From Arcobacteraceae bacterium (GTDB lineage Bacteria; Campylobacterota; Campylobacteria; Campylobacterales; Arcobacteraceae): 64,000 nucleotides of DNA. Both the position numbers and the translations under genes were made by a program. Of the stretch, positions 32,219 through 43,350 are shown piece after piece. A model generated the notes under the pieces. That model saw nothing but the letters and a program-made list of their open reading frames with translations. It was not told the DNA's origin and searched no databases. The stretch is from NCBI GenBank assembly GCA_965224485.1, contig CBDCZH010000019.1:1-64000 (forward strand), in the 5' to 3' direction. The first letter of the stretch is position 1. Every line of letters starts with the position of its first letter.

Positions 32219-32692
32219 ATGAGTACTGAAAAAAATAGAGAAAAATCTCTAACTATGACAATGTTAATGACTCCTGATAAGGCTAATTTTTCTGGTAAGA
32301 ATGTACATGGGGGCGAAATACTTAAGATGTTAGACCAAGTAGCTTATGCTTGTGCTTCAAGATATACTGGAAGTTATGTAGTAACTTTATCCGTAGACAT
32401 GGTTTTATTTAAAGACCCAATTAAAGTAGGTTCACTTGTTAGTTTTCATGCTTCCGTTAATTATACAGGAAGAACATCATTAGAAATTGGAATAAAAGTA
32501 ATTTCAGAAGATATAAAAGATCATTCTATTAAAAATACAAATGTATGTTACTTTACTATGATTGCGATGGATGATGATGGAAAGACAACAGCAGTTCCTA
32601 AATTAAAACTAGAAACAGAAGATGATAAAAGAAGATATAACGATGCAATTGAGAGAAGAGAAAATAGAATGAACTCAAGACATTCTAAGTAA
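32219..32692 (+). CDS. Hotdog-fold acyl-CoA thioesterase
   Basis: ANFSGKNVHGGEILKMLDQVAY, YTGRTSLEIG. Confidence 0.9.
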   Translation: MSTEKNREKSLTMTMLMTPDKANFSGKNVHGGEILKMLDQVAYACASRYTGSYVVTLSVDMVLFKDPIKVGSLVSFHASVNYTGRTSLEIGIKVISEDIKDHSIKNTNVCYFTMIAMDDDGKTTAVPKLKLETEDDKRRYNDAIERRENRMNSRHSK

Positions 32693-32707
32693 ATTTTTTT
32701 AATATGT

Positions 32708-32743
32708 ATAAAAAACCAGAAATTCATTTCTGGTTTTTTTATA
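32708..32743. terminator. Bidirectional terminator
   Basis: AAAAAACCAGAAAT-TC-ATTTCTGGTTTTTT between convergent genes. Confidence 0.8.
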
Positions 32744-32745
32744 TA

Positions 32746-34338
32746 TTATTTACTTTCTTTATTTTCTAAAAAGTCCTCATAAGAACCTTTAAAGTCTACA
32801 ATAGAACCATCTTCTTGAATTTCTATAATTCTATTTGCATAAGCATCTAATAACTCTCTATCATGAGATACACAAACAACAGAACCAGGATAAGCTAATA
32901 GTCCCTCACCTAAAGCAATAATTGCTTCTAAGTCTAAGTGATTTGTAGGTTCATCTAAAACCATAAAGTTTGGTTGTTCTAACATGATTTTTGAAAGCAT
33001 CATTCTATGCTTTTCACCACCACTACAAGACTTAACAGATTTTTCTTGCTCAACACCATTAAATAACATTCGTCCCAAGCAGTTTCTAATTTCAGCAATA
33101 TCAGCATCTCTATCAAAAGCTCTTAACCAATCATATAAAGTCATATCTCCTGCAATTAAATCAGTTGCATTTTGTGGGAAATAACCATTTTGAATAGTAG
33201 CTCCCCAATGAACAGTTCCGCTATCTGCTTTTAGATTTTCAACTAAAATTTCACAAAGTGTTGTTTTCCCAATACCATTTGGACCAATTATCGCAACTTT
33301 ATCACCTTTTTCTACTGAAAAAGTAATATCATTTAAGACAGTTTTTCCTTCAAAAGATTTAGAAATATTTTTAATAATTAATAACTCTTTTCCAACTTCT
33401 CTTTTTTGTTTAAAGATAATAGAAGGATCTCTTCTTGAAGAAATTTTAATCTCTCCAACATCAAGTTTATCAAGTTGTTTTTGTCTAGATGTTGCCTGTT
33501 TTGCCTTAGAAGCATTTGCAGAAAATCTTGCGATAAATTTTTCAAGTTCATCTTTTTCTTTAAGCTTTTTACCCATATCTTTTTCATTTTGTTTTGCAAT
33601 TACTGTTGAAGCAATATACCAATCATCATAATTACCAGTAAATTCTCTAATTTGTTTATAATCTACATCTAAAATATTTGTACAAACAGCATTTAAAAAG
33701 TGTCTATCATGAGAAATTACAACCATAGTTCCATCATGATGTTGTAATTTATTTTCTAACCAACCAATAGTTGCAATATCAAGATTATTTGTAGGCTCAT
33801 CTAAAAATAACACATCTGGTTTTGGATATAAAACCTGTGCAAGTAATACTTTAAATTTATCTCCACCTGTAATAGTTGACATTAAATCATTTTGACTTGA
33901 AGAAGGGAAACCTAAATCTTCTAATACTTTAGTAATTTTTACATCATATTCATATGTTGGATCTTCTTCACAGCAGATAATTTCAAGAACCCCAAGTCTA
34001 TCCCCTATTTCATCGGTATACTCTTCTAAATAAAGTTTTTCTTTTTCTTTAATTGCATCATATAATCTTTTATTTCCTAAAAGAACTGTATCAAAAATTG
34101 AATACTCTTCATAAGCATATTGATTTTGTCCTAAAGTTCCAACTTTTTTACCATTTTGAACTTGAACTTCACCATCAGTTGCATCTTCATTTCCTGCTAG
34201 AATTTTTAAAAAAGTAGTTTTACCTGCACCATTAGCACCAATAAGACCATATCTTTTTCCAGTATCAAGCTTAATATTTATTTCTTGAAATAAAACTCTT
34301 GAACCATAGGTTTTTTTTAAATTTACCGTTTGAACCAT
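32746..34338 (-). CDS. ABC-F family ATPase (YbiT-like)
   Basis: Two ABC domains, no TM, linker FIARFSANASKAKQATSR. Confidence 0.9.
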   Translation of the reverse strand: MVQTVNLKKTYGSRVLFQEINIKLDTGKRYGLIGANGAGKTTFLKILAGNEDATDGEVQVQNGKKVGTLGQNQYAYEEYSIFDTVLLGNKRLYDAIKEKEKLYLEEYTDEIGDRLGVLEIICCEEDPTYEYDVKITKVLEDLGFPSSSQNDLMSTITGGDKFKVLLAQVLYPKPDVLFLDEPTNNLDIATIGWLENKLQHHDGTMVVISHDRHFLNAVCTNILDVDYKQIREFTGNYDDWYIASTVIAKQNEKDMGKKLKEKDELEKFIARFSANASKAKQATSRQKQLDKLDVGEIKISSRRDPSIIFKQKREVGKELLIIKNISKSFEGKTVLNDITFSVEKGDKVAIIGPNGIGKTTLCEILVENLKADSGTVHWGATIQNGYFPQNATDLIAGDMTLYDWLRAFDRDADIAEIRNCLGRMLFNGVEQEKSVKSCSGGEKHRMMLSKIMLEQPNFMVLDEPTNHLDLEAIIALGEGLLAYPGSVVCVSHDRELLDAYANRIIEIQEDGSIVDFKGSYEDFLENKESK

Positions 34339-34467
34339 TTAATATCCTGTTTAATATTTTATTATTTCGCGATTATATCCAAATAAGAGCAATATTCATA
34401 GCTTTTACTTCAATTCTTAATTAATAAAGAATTGTTATAATTAATATATAAGAATAAAGGCATTAAG

Positions 34468-35349
34468 ATGATTGATATACATAAATATTCATATGATGAA
34501 GTTAACATTATTTCAAAAGAAACTACATATTTTATAAAAGAACATTTAACTATTTATACAAATATTCTTGAAAAAATTATTTGCAAACTTGAAATAAGTG
34601 ATGAACTAATTCTTCGACATAAAACACTAAAAGCATGTAATTTTGATACATATTTAAAAAAATATTTAAAAGAAGAGAAAAAAAATCATGAAGTAAAAAA
34701 ACTAGTTGATTTACATGATACTTTCCATAAATTAATTTTATTTATTCTAGAAAAAACTAAAGATAATAAAAAAATAACAAGTAAAGAATTTCAAAAACTT
34801 TCATCTGTACATATGAAGTTTATACATTTATTAAATGAAATTTCTCTATCTTTAGAATTTGTTAAATATCAATTTGATAAATTAACTTATACTTGGTCTA
34901 GGGAAATATTTTTAGATTTATTAAATAAAGAGTTTCTAAAAGCTTCAAGAACCAAAGAGGTTTTTTCTTTAGTGTTTTTTGATATTGACTATTTTAAAAA
35001 AGTAAATGATACTTATGGGCATGATGCAGGTGATTATATTTTAAAAGAGTTAACTAAACTAGTAAAAGATGAGTTAAGAGTTTACGATACTATTGGTCGC
35101 TGGGGTGGAGAAGAATTTTTAATACTTTTAAGTCAAAGTAATATAAAAGAAGCTTATGAAATAATAAAAAGAATTAAAGATAAAATACAAAATAATATTT
35201 TCATTTATGAAAGCAATAATATTTCTCTTACTTGTTCTTTTGGAATATGTGAATTTAATAAAAACCTCACTATTTCTCAAATGATTAGTAAATCAGATAA
35301 GTTAATGTATATTGCTAAAAATAATGGGCGAAACAAAATAGAAGTCTAA
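34468..35349 (+). CDS. CZB-like sensor + GGDEF diguanylate cyclase (DgcZ-like)
   Basis: H..KACNFDTY...LHDTFH zinc-binding pattern; RWGGEEF. Confidence 0.75.
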   Translation: MIDIHKYSYDEVNIISKETTYFIKEHLTIYTNILEKIICKLEISDELILRHKTLKACNFDTYLKKYLKEEKKNHEVKKLVDLHDTFHKLILFILEKTKDNKKITSKEFQKLSSVHMKFIHLLNEISLSLEFVKYQFDKLTYTWSREIFLDLLNKEFLKASRTKEVFSLVFFDIDYFKKVNDTYGHDAGDYILKELTKLVKDELRVYDTIGRWGGEEFLILLSQSNIKEAYEIIKRIKDKIQNNIFIYESNNISLTCSFGICEFNKNLTISQMISKSDKLMYIAKNNGRNKIEV

Positions 35350-35470
35350 ATTTTAATAAATAATTACTTAATAATCTTTAAATACATTTTTAATTTAAAT
35401 ATTAAAAATAATTTAATTTTAAATAAGTATACTTTTATATAAACATAATTTAAAATAAAAGCAGGCTAAA

Positions 35471-36727
35471 ATGAAAATTTTATTAGTTGATGATAGTAAA
35501 ACAGTTACTAGTAATATTCTTGATAATTTAAAAGATAGAATTAGTGATAAAAATCTAGAGATTTTTACAGCTACTTCTAAAAAAGAGTGTGCAGATTTAA
35601 TCTTAGAGCATAAATCAAAGTTTGATATTGCTATTTTAGACTTAGGTTTGCCAGATGCTCCAAATGGGGAAGTTGTCTCATTTGTTGATAAATTCAATAT
35701 TCCTTTTATTATCTTATCAGGTACTACTTTAGATAAAAACTCAAAACTTCTTTCTTTGGATAATCTAATTGATTATGTGCTAAAAAATGGAACTTTCTCT
35801 ATTGAATATACTTCTTATTTAGTTGATATGTTTATATCGAATAAAAATTATGAAGTATTGATTGTTGATGATTCAAAATCTTTTGCTTATAAAGCACAAG
35901 CTTTATGTAAAAGATATAATCTTGATGCTATTGTAAAACACTCAGGAGCAGAAGCCCTAGAAGAGCTAAAAGAAAATGATAAAATCAAATTAATTTTAAT
36001 TGATTATATGATGCCTGATATGAATGGACTAGAACTTACTACAAAAGTAAGAGTAAATTTCAAAAAAGACGACCTTTGTATAATAGCTGTATCTTCAACA
36101 AAAGATAAAGAAATAGTAGCAAAGTTTTTAAAGTATGGGGCAAATGATTTTATATATAAGGATTTTTCAAATGAAGAATTTTATGCAAGACTAAACTCAA
36201 ACTTAGAAATCATAAAACTATTTAAAAAAAGCAAAGATAGAGCAAATAAAGATTATTTAACGGGTATGTTTAATAGACGTTATTTATTTGAAGAAGGTTC
36301 AAAGATTTATAAACATACAAGAAGTGAACATGGAAAACTTAGTCTTGCTATAATTGATATTGATAAATTTAAAAATATAAATGATACTTATGGTCATGAT
36401 ATTGGAGATATTGCTATTAAGCATATTCCTTCTATTTTAGCAAATCATCTTAAAAAAGATAGTTTAATATCAAGAATGGGTGGAGAAGAATTTTGTATTA
36501 TTACTAAAGATTTAAATGAAGAAGAAATTTTAGCTCTTTATGAAGATATAAGAGCAAGTTTTGAAAACTCAGTTTTAAGTATCAAAGATTTAAATTTAAA
36601 ATTTACTGTTTCTATTGGAGTTTGTACAAAATACCATAGTGATTTAGATGATATGATGAGAAAAGCAGATGAAGCATTATATACAGCAAAAGAAACAGGA
36701 AGAAATAGAGTTATTTTGCATAAATAA
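35471..36727 (+). CDS. REC-REC-GGDEF diguanylate cyclase
   Basis: Two receiver domains (LVDDS..LDLGLPD; IVDDS..IDYMMPDMNG) and RMGGEEF. Confidence 0.9.
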   Translation: MKILLVDDSKTVTSNILDNLKDRISDKNLEIFTATSKKECADLILEHKSKFDIAILDLGLPDAPNGEVVSFVDKFNIPFIILSGTTLDKNSKLLSLDNLIDYVLKNGTFSIEYTSYLVDMFISNKNYEVLIVDDSKSFAYKAQALCKRYNLDAIVKHSGAEALEELKENDKIKLILIDYMMPDMNGLELTTKVRVNFKKDDLCIIAVSSTKDKEIVAKFLKYGANDFIYKDFSNEEFYARLNSNLEIIKLFKKSKDRANKDYLTGMFNRRYLFEEGSKIYKHTRSEHGKLSLAIIDIDKFKNINDTYGHDIGDIAIKHIPSILANHLKKDSLISRMGGEEFCIITKDLNEEEILALYEDIRASFENSVLSIKDLNLKFTVSIGVCTKYHSDLDDMMRKADEALYTAKETGRNRVILHK

Positions 36728-36835
36728 CTCTATTTATCCAATCAATTTAAATAATTAATAAAAAAATAATATCCACTAAATAAACTGTTAACAATAATAA
36801 TGTATTATATATAAATTTTATAAATAAGGATTATT

Positions 36836-37564
36836 ATGTTAAATATAGGAAAGAAACTTTTAATTGCTCTTGCTTTTATAAGTACTCTACAAGCAGCAAC
36901 TCTCTTATCTAAAAGTGAAGTTAATAAGATTCAAGACTTAGAGCTTTTTAAAAGAGCTCAAATCACTGTCTTAACAGCACACGATATGGATAGTTTATAT
37001 CTTTTAAATGTAAAAGTTCAAGATAAACTTGATGTTATTTACCTAAGTAAAGATAAAAAATATTTAATTGCTGGAAATGTTATTGATACTAGTACTGGAA
37101 AAACATTAAGTATTCCTGTTGACTTTTCTACTTTAAAAAATAAAGAAGCTTTAACGTATGGAACGGGTAAAGACAGATATTACTTATTTACAGATCCTCA
37201 ATGTCCTTATTGTAAACAATTTGAATCACATTTTCCTAAAATTAAAGATAAGGTTGATATAAAAGTATTTTATTATCCTTTAGATTTTCATAAAGAAGCA
37301 AAAGATTTAGCTATGTTTGTAATGAGTAAAAAAACAAATGATGAAAAAATCAAAATAATGCTCGCTATTGATAAAAATAATAAAGATTTTAAAAATAGAA
37401 AATATACAAAAAAACAAGAACTAGAACTAAAAAAACAACTTGAAGTTCAAATGAAGATTGCAAACTCTCTAAAAGTTAGAGGAACACCAGCATTATTTGA
37501 TAAAGATGGAAATTCTGTAGTATGGGTTGAAATGCTAAAAAAATATGGAGTTAATCTTAAGTAA
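36836..37564 (+). CDS. dsbC: DsbC-family thiol:disulfide isomerase
   Basis: Signal peptide, FTDPQCPYC, RGTP. Confidence 0.8.
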   Translation: MLNIGKKLLIALAFISTLQAATLLSKSEVNKIQDLELFKRAQITVLTAHDMDSLYLLNVKVQDKLDVIYLSKDKKYLIAGNVIDTSTGKTLSIPVDFSTLKNKEALTYGTGKDRYYLFTDPQCPYCKQFESHFPKIKDKVDIKVFYYPLDFHKEAKDLAMFVMSKKTNDEKIKIMLAIDKNNKDFKNRKYTKKQELELKKQLEVQMKIANSLKVRGTPALFDKDGNSVVWVEMLKKYGVNLK

Positions 37565-37574
37565 GTTAAATAAA

Positions 37575-37608
37575 TGACTAAACATAGAATAAAATCTATG
37601 TTTAGTCA
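37575..37608. terminator. Hairpin/terminator between convergent dsbC and mdh
   Basis: TGACTAAACATAGA-ATAAAA-TCTATGTTTAGTCA. Confidence 0.7.
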
Positions 37609-37627
37609 AAAACATTAAAATAAAGTT

Positions 37628-38569
37628 TTAGAAAAATTTCTTTTTTAAAGTAGAACTTAAATCTTTAACAGAAGAAATTGATTTTGCAAACTGTTCTTTT
37701 TGAGAAGAGTCTAAACTAAGTTCAATAACTTCTTCTACTCCTTTTGCACCTAAACGAACAGGAACTCCAGCTACAATATTTTTATAACCATATTCACCTT
37801 CTAAAGATATAGCACAAGGATAAACTTCTTTAGAATCATTTAAAATAGCTTCTACCATTAAAGAAGTAGAATAAGCAGGTGCATAATAAGCTGAACCATT
37901 TCCTAAAAAAGATACAATTTGAGCACCACCCACTTTAGTTTCTTGAATAATATCTTCAATATCATTTTGGGATAAAATATCACTTAAGGCTTTTCCATCA
38001 ACTTTGCAAAAGTTTACTAAAGGTACCATATCATCACCATGTCCACCCATAACAGAAGCTTCTATTAAAGAAGGTTCAAAATCAAGTTTTTGTGATATAA
38101 AATGACTCATTCTAGCACTATCTAAAATACCTGCCATTCCAATAACTTTACTTCTATCATAAGAAGAAGCTTTTAAGGCAACTTCTACCATTGCATCTAA
38201 AGGATTTGAAACTATTATTAAAATAGCATCTTTATTATCTTTGATAGTTTCTTTAACAACAGAAGTCATTATTTTAGCATTTGTTAATAGTAAATCATCC
38301 CTACTCATACCTGGTTTTCTTGGTATTCCTGCTGTGATTATAACAATATCACAATCTTTAAAATCTTTTTGCTCTAAGGCAGCTTTTACTTTAACAGAAG
38401 AACTTGCTGCTTTTGCTGCTTGAGAAATATCTAAACTCATAGCTTGTACAATATTGGTACGTATATCTTTTAATATAATCTCACTACAAACATTTTTACT
38501 TGCTAATATAAAAGCTAGGGTTGATCCAACATTTCCAGCCCCGATTATTCCAACTCTTTTATTATTCAT
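37628..38569 (-). CDS. mdh: Malate dehydrogenase (LDH-like)
   Basis: GAGNVG, PRKPGMSRDDLL, SNPLD, LDSAR, GGHGDDMVP. Confidence 0.95.
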   Translation of the reverse strand: MNNKRVGIIGAGNVGSTLAFILASKNVCSEIILKDIRTNIVQAMSLDISQAAKAASSSVKVKAALEQKDFKDCDIVIITAGIPRKPGMSRDDLLLTNAKIMTSVVKETIKDNKDAILIIVSNPLDAMVEVALKASSYDRSKVIGMAGILDSARMSHFISQKLDFEPSLIEASVMGGHGDDMVPLVNFCKVDGKALSDILSQNDIEDIIQETKVGGAQIVSFLGNGSAYYAPAYSTSLMVEAILNDSKEVYPCAISLEGEYGYKNIVAGVPVRLGAKGVEEVIELSLDSSQKEQFAKSISSVKDLSSTLKKKFF

Positions 38570-38623
38570 AAATATTTCCCCTTATAATTTATTAAATTAT
38601 ATAATAATTTAATTTAATTGAAT

Positions 38624-39509
38624 CTAATTTAAAACATTGCCATCTTTTGAAAGATATTCGTGTGCCATATAAGAAGATCTTGCATATGGAGTTGAATGAA
38701 CAAATTCAAAACCCATATCTAAAGCTGTTCTTTTATATAAGGCGAATTGTTCTGGATTTACATATTCGACAACTTTTTCATACTCACCTGAAGGTGCTAG
38801 ATATTGACCAATACTTAAAAATTTACAACCAACATCTAATAAATCTTGAAAAACTTCTTCCATTTCAGCAGGTGTTTCGCCAAGTCCTACCATTAAAGCA
38901 CTTTTAGTTTTAACTTTTTTGCCACCTAAAAGTTTTATTTGTCTTAACACTTCTAATGAACGTTTATAAGTAGAAGCTTTTCTTACATTATAAAGCCTTG
39001 GAATTGTTTCAACATTATGTCCAATAATAACAGCACCAGAATCAACAACTGTTTGTATTGACTCTATTTTACCTTTAAAATCAGGAACTAATAACTCAAC
39101 TTGAGTGCCAGGCGATTTTTCTAAAATATCTTGTGTTACTTTATAAAACTGAGAAGAGCCACCATCTCCTAAATCATCTCTAGCTGGACTTGTAATTACT
39201 ACGAACTTAAGTCCAAGCCTTAAAACAGATGTTGTAACTTGCTGTATTTCTTTATCATTAACTTCAAATGGTTTTCCAGTCATTACATTACAATAAGTAC
39301 ATCTTCTTGTACAAATATTTCCTAAAATTAAAAAAGTCGCATTTTTATTAGAAAAACACTCACTTATATTAGGGCATTTTGCTTCTTGACAAATAGTATG
39401 AATTCCCACTTCTTCTAATAATAAATCCATCTCTTTTTGTGCAGAAAATGATAATTTTTTTTCGTAACCATTCCGGTTTTTTGTAATTTACTTTATTTTG
39501 AACACTCAT
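38624..39509 (-). CDS. lipA: Lipoyl synthase (frameshift in an A8 tract at 39455-39462)
   Basis: CQEAKCPNISEC, CTRRCTYC, RSSY. The N-terminus MSVQNKVNYKKPEWLRKK lies in another frame; removing one A restores it. Confidence 0.9.
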
Positions 39510-39516
39510 TTTATTC

Positions 39517-40224
39517 CTATAATAATTTCATTAGATTTTTTTCTTCTATACTTGTTAAAGTACTATCTTGTAATTTTACTTCAAATGTATCTTTAAAAGC
39601 ATTAATTAATTTATCTATTGTTTCTTCATAAGTTAAAACAATACCTAAATCAAATAAACTACTTCCAAGTTCTTCTTTATTTTCTATTTTTGATATAGGA
39701 ATAGAACCATGCTGAAAAATCATATTTCTAGATCTTTTTTGTGCATTTCCGCCTATTTTAACCCCATTAACTATAATGTCATAAGCTTCATATCCTACTT
39801 GACAAAAACTACTTTTACTTAAAGTAATATTTTCATCATCTTTTGCCCACTTAGCTTCTAGTCCAAGATTTTTATAAAATTGTAATAAAAATGAACATAT
39901 ATACTCATAACTCTCTTTTACGTTTTTATTACCTAAAACAGAAGAAGGAAATAAAAGACTATAAGAAACATCATGCCCATGGAAAAGAACACCACCACCT
40001 GTCATTCTTTTAGCACAGTTATTATTATATTCACTATATTTAAGCTTATATTCATCAAGTTCTTGAGAAAGACCAATAGTAAATGACTTTTCCCACGTAT
40101 ACAATCTAAGAACTGCTTTGTTTTTAATATCAAAAGATTTAACTAAAGTTTTATCTATTGACATATTTTCTTTAGCACTTTTATTAAAACTTTTCAATAA
40201 TCTAAATTGTGCACCTTTTTGCAT
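39517..40224 (-). CDS. Lipoate/octanoate-protein ligase family (LplA/LipM-like)
   Basis: LRLYTW, RMTGGGVLFH, KIGGNAQ, QHGSI; upstream of lipA. Confidence 0.85.
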   Translation of the reverse strand: MQKGAQFRLLKSFNKSAKENMSIDKTLVKSFDIKNKAVLRLYTWEKSFTIGLSQELDEYKLKYSEYNNNCAKRMTGGGVLFHGHDVSYSLLFPSSVLGNKNVKESYEYICSFLLQFYKNLGLEAKWAKDDENITLSKSSFCQVGYEAYDIIVNGVKIGGNAQKRSRNMIFQHGSIPISKIENKEELGSSLFDLGIVLTYEETIDKLINAFKDTFEVKLQDSTLTSIEEKNLMKLL

Positions 40225-40668
40225 ATATCTCTTTTATATTTAATCTTAAGGAATTAACTTAAATAATCCTTACGTTTTGAAATAAAATTATAACCTTTAT
40301 AAAAATTTAATACTGTTATTTAATTAATTAATTAAATGTTTTAAGTTTAATTTTATAATATTAAACAAAATCTATATTTATGTACATTTTTGTTACATAA
40401 GAATCAGATAACATGATTATATTATAAAAAATATTATTTATTTTCTTGTAACTTAATATAAGATTAATATTATAAAGTAATATTTTTTTAATTGGAAATA
40501 ATTTTTATCAATTGAAAGGGGTATTTAGCCTAATTCTTATATTTAAAATTACGAATTTTTCATAACAAGCAAATAAGTTAATTAGAGTATTATGTTAGTT
40601 CAAATTATTAAATATAGTTTAAGAATTGATAAAAGTTGATTAATAAATTAAAAACCTAAGGAGATTAT

Positions 40669-43341
40669 ATGTCACAACTGCATTTAGAAGATGTTGATCC
40701 TATTGAAACTAAAGAATGGATTGATGCTTTAGACGTTGTTATCGAAGAAGAAGGAAGCCAAAGAGCTCACTTTTTATTAGAAACACTAATTGATAAAGCT
40801 AGAAGAAACGGTACTTCATTACCATATCGTGCACAAACAGCTTATGTAAATACAATTCCTGTTGAATCTGAGCCTAAAATGCCTGGAAATCTTTCATTAG
40901 AGCGAAAAATAAGATCTATTATTAGATGGAATGCGCAAGCAATGGTACTAAGAGCTTCTAAGAAAAACTTTAGAACTTGGTGGTCATATTGCATCATTTC
41001 AATCATCAGCTACTTTATATGATGTTGGTTTTAATCACTTTTTCAAAGGACCACAAAATAATGGTGGTGGAGATTTAGTATTCTTTCAAGGACATATAGC
41101 TCCTGGTATTTATGCAAGATCATTTGTTGAGGGTAGATTTACTGAAGCACAAATGGATAACTTTAGACAAGAAGCTTTTGCTGATGGTTTATCTTCATAT
41201 CCACATCCTAAACTTATGCCTGCTTATTGGCAGTTTCCAACTGTATCTATGGGACTTGGACCAATTCAAGCAATTTATCAAGCAAGATTTTTAAAATACT
41301 TAACAGATAGAGGTATTAAAGATTGCTCTGCTCAAAAAGTTTATTGTTATATGGGTGATGGTGAATGTGATGAACCAGAATCTTTAGGTGCAATTGGACT
41401 TGCTGGACGTGAAGGTTTAGACAACTTAATTTTTGTTATTAACTGTAACTTACAAAGACTTGATGGTCCTGTTCGTGGAAATGGTAAAATAATCCAAGAA
41501 CTAGAAGGTACATTTAGAGGTGCTGGTTGGGATGTTTTAAAAGTTGTATGGGGTGGTAAATGGGATGAATTATTAAGAAAAGATACATCTGGTAAACTTC
41601 TTCAACTTATGGAAGAGACTGTTGATGGAGAGTATCAAAACTTTAAACAAAAAGGTGGTGCTTACACACGTGAGAACTTCTTTAATAAATATGAAGAGAC
41701 TAGAAAATTAGTTGAAAATATGAGTGATGATGAAATTTGGCAACTAAATAGAGGTGGTCATGATCCTGTTAAAGTATATGCAGCTTATAAAAAAGCAATG
41801 AAAATGTTGGTATACCAACTGTAATCCTAGCAAAAACAATTAAGGGTTATGGAATGGGTGAAGCAGCTGAGGGTAAAAATATTGCTCATGGTGTTAAAAA
41901 AGTTGACCTTGATTCATTGAGACAATTTAGAGATAGATTTAATATTCCTATTACTGATGATGAACTTGTAACTTTACCTTATTATCTTCCAGCGCAAGAT
42001 TCAGAAGAGATGATATACTTAAAAGCAAGAAGAGAAGAGTTAGGTGGTAGTGTTCCTCAAAGAAGACAAACTTTCTCAAAAGAGTTAGCAATTCCAAAAC
42101 TTGATGCATTTGAAGCTATTTTAAAAGGTAGTGGTGATCGAGAAGTTTCAACTACTATGGTATTTGTAAGAGTTCTTAATGTATTAGTTAAAGATAAAAA
42201 TATTGGAAAAAGAATTGTTCCTATTGTTCCAGATGAAGCTAGAACATTTGGTATGGAAGGTATGTTTAGACAATTAGGTATTTATTCTCATGAGGGTCAA
42301 AAATATACTCCTCAAGATAGAGATCAAGTTGCTTATTATAAAGAAGATACAAAAGGTCAAGTACTTCAAGAAGGAATTAATGAGTTAGGAGCTATGGGTT
42401 CTTGGACTGCAGCTGCTACTTCTTATTCTGTAAATGATTGTCCTATGATTCCATTTTACATTTTTTATTCAATGTTTGGATTTCAAAGAACTGGTGATAT
42501 GTGTTGGGCAGCTGGAGATCAAAAAGCAAGAGGTTTCTTGGTTGGTGGAACATCTGGAAGAACTACTCTTAATGGAGAAGGTCTACAACATGAAGATGGA
42601 CATTCACATATTATTGCAAATACTATTCCAAATTGTGTATCTTATGATCCATCTTATGGTTATGAGGTTGCTGTTATTGTTCAAAATGGTGTTGAGAGAA
42701 TGTATGGTGAGAAACAAGAAGATATTTACTATTATTTAACAACATTAAATGAAAACTATAAACAGCCTGCAATGCCTAAAGGTACTGAAGAAGGTATTAT
42801 TAAAGGTATTTATAAATTAGAAACTCTAAAAGCTAAAAACAACTATAAAGTTAAATTATTAGGTTGTGGTTCAATACTAGAACAAGTAAGAACTGCTGCT
42901 AAAATTTTAGCAAGTGATTATGGTATTGCCTCTGATGTATATTCTGTGACTTCTTATAATGAGTTAACAAGAGAAGCACAAGATATTGAAAGAAGCAATA
43001 TGCTTAATATTGATAAAGAAGATAAAGTTGCTTATATTGATACAGTATTAGGTTCAGATGAAGAAAATATCATCATATCTACTACTGATTATATGAAATC
43101 ATATTCTGAACAACTTATTCCTTTTGTAAAAGGTTCTTTTAAAGCACTTGGAACTGATGGTTTTGGTAGAAGTGATAGTAGAGCTAACTTAAGATCTTTC
43201 TTTGAAGTTGATTCTGATTTTATTGTATTTACTACAATTTCACAATTAGTTAAAAATGGTAAATTACCTAAAAGTATTCTTAGTGATGTTATGAAAAAAC
43301 ATAACATTGACAAAGATAAAATAAATCCATTAAAAGCATAA
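40669..43341 (+). CDS. aceE: Pyruvate dehydrogenase E1 (homodimeric), split by two frameshifts (about 40970 and 41798)
   Basis: Continuous AceE motifs across frames: [65 protein letters not shown]. Confidence 0.9.
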
Positions 43342-43350
43342 GGAAAAAGT

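Noticed and set aside
40380..40398. ATGTACATTTTTGTTACAT as a regulator site in the lipoate ligase/aceE intergenic region
   Set aside because: It is an imperfect palindrome in very AT-rich DNA with no second copy seen, so it cannot be assigned.
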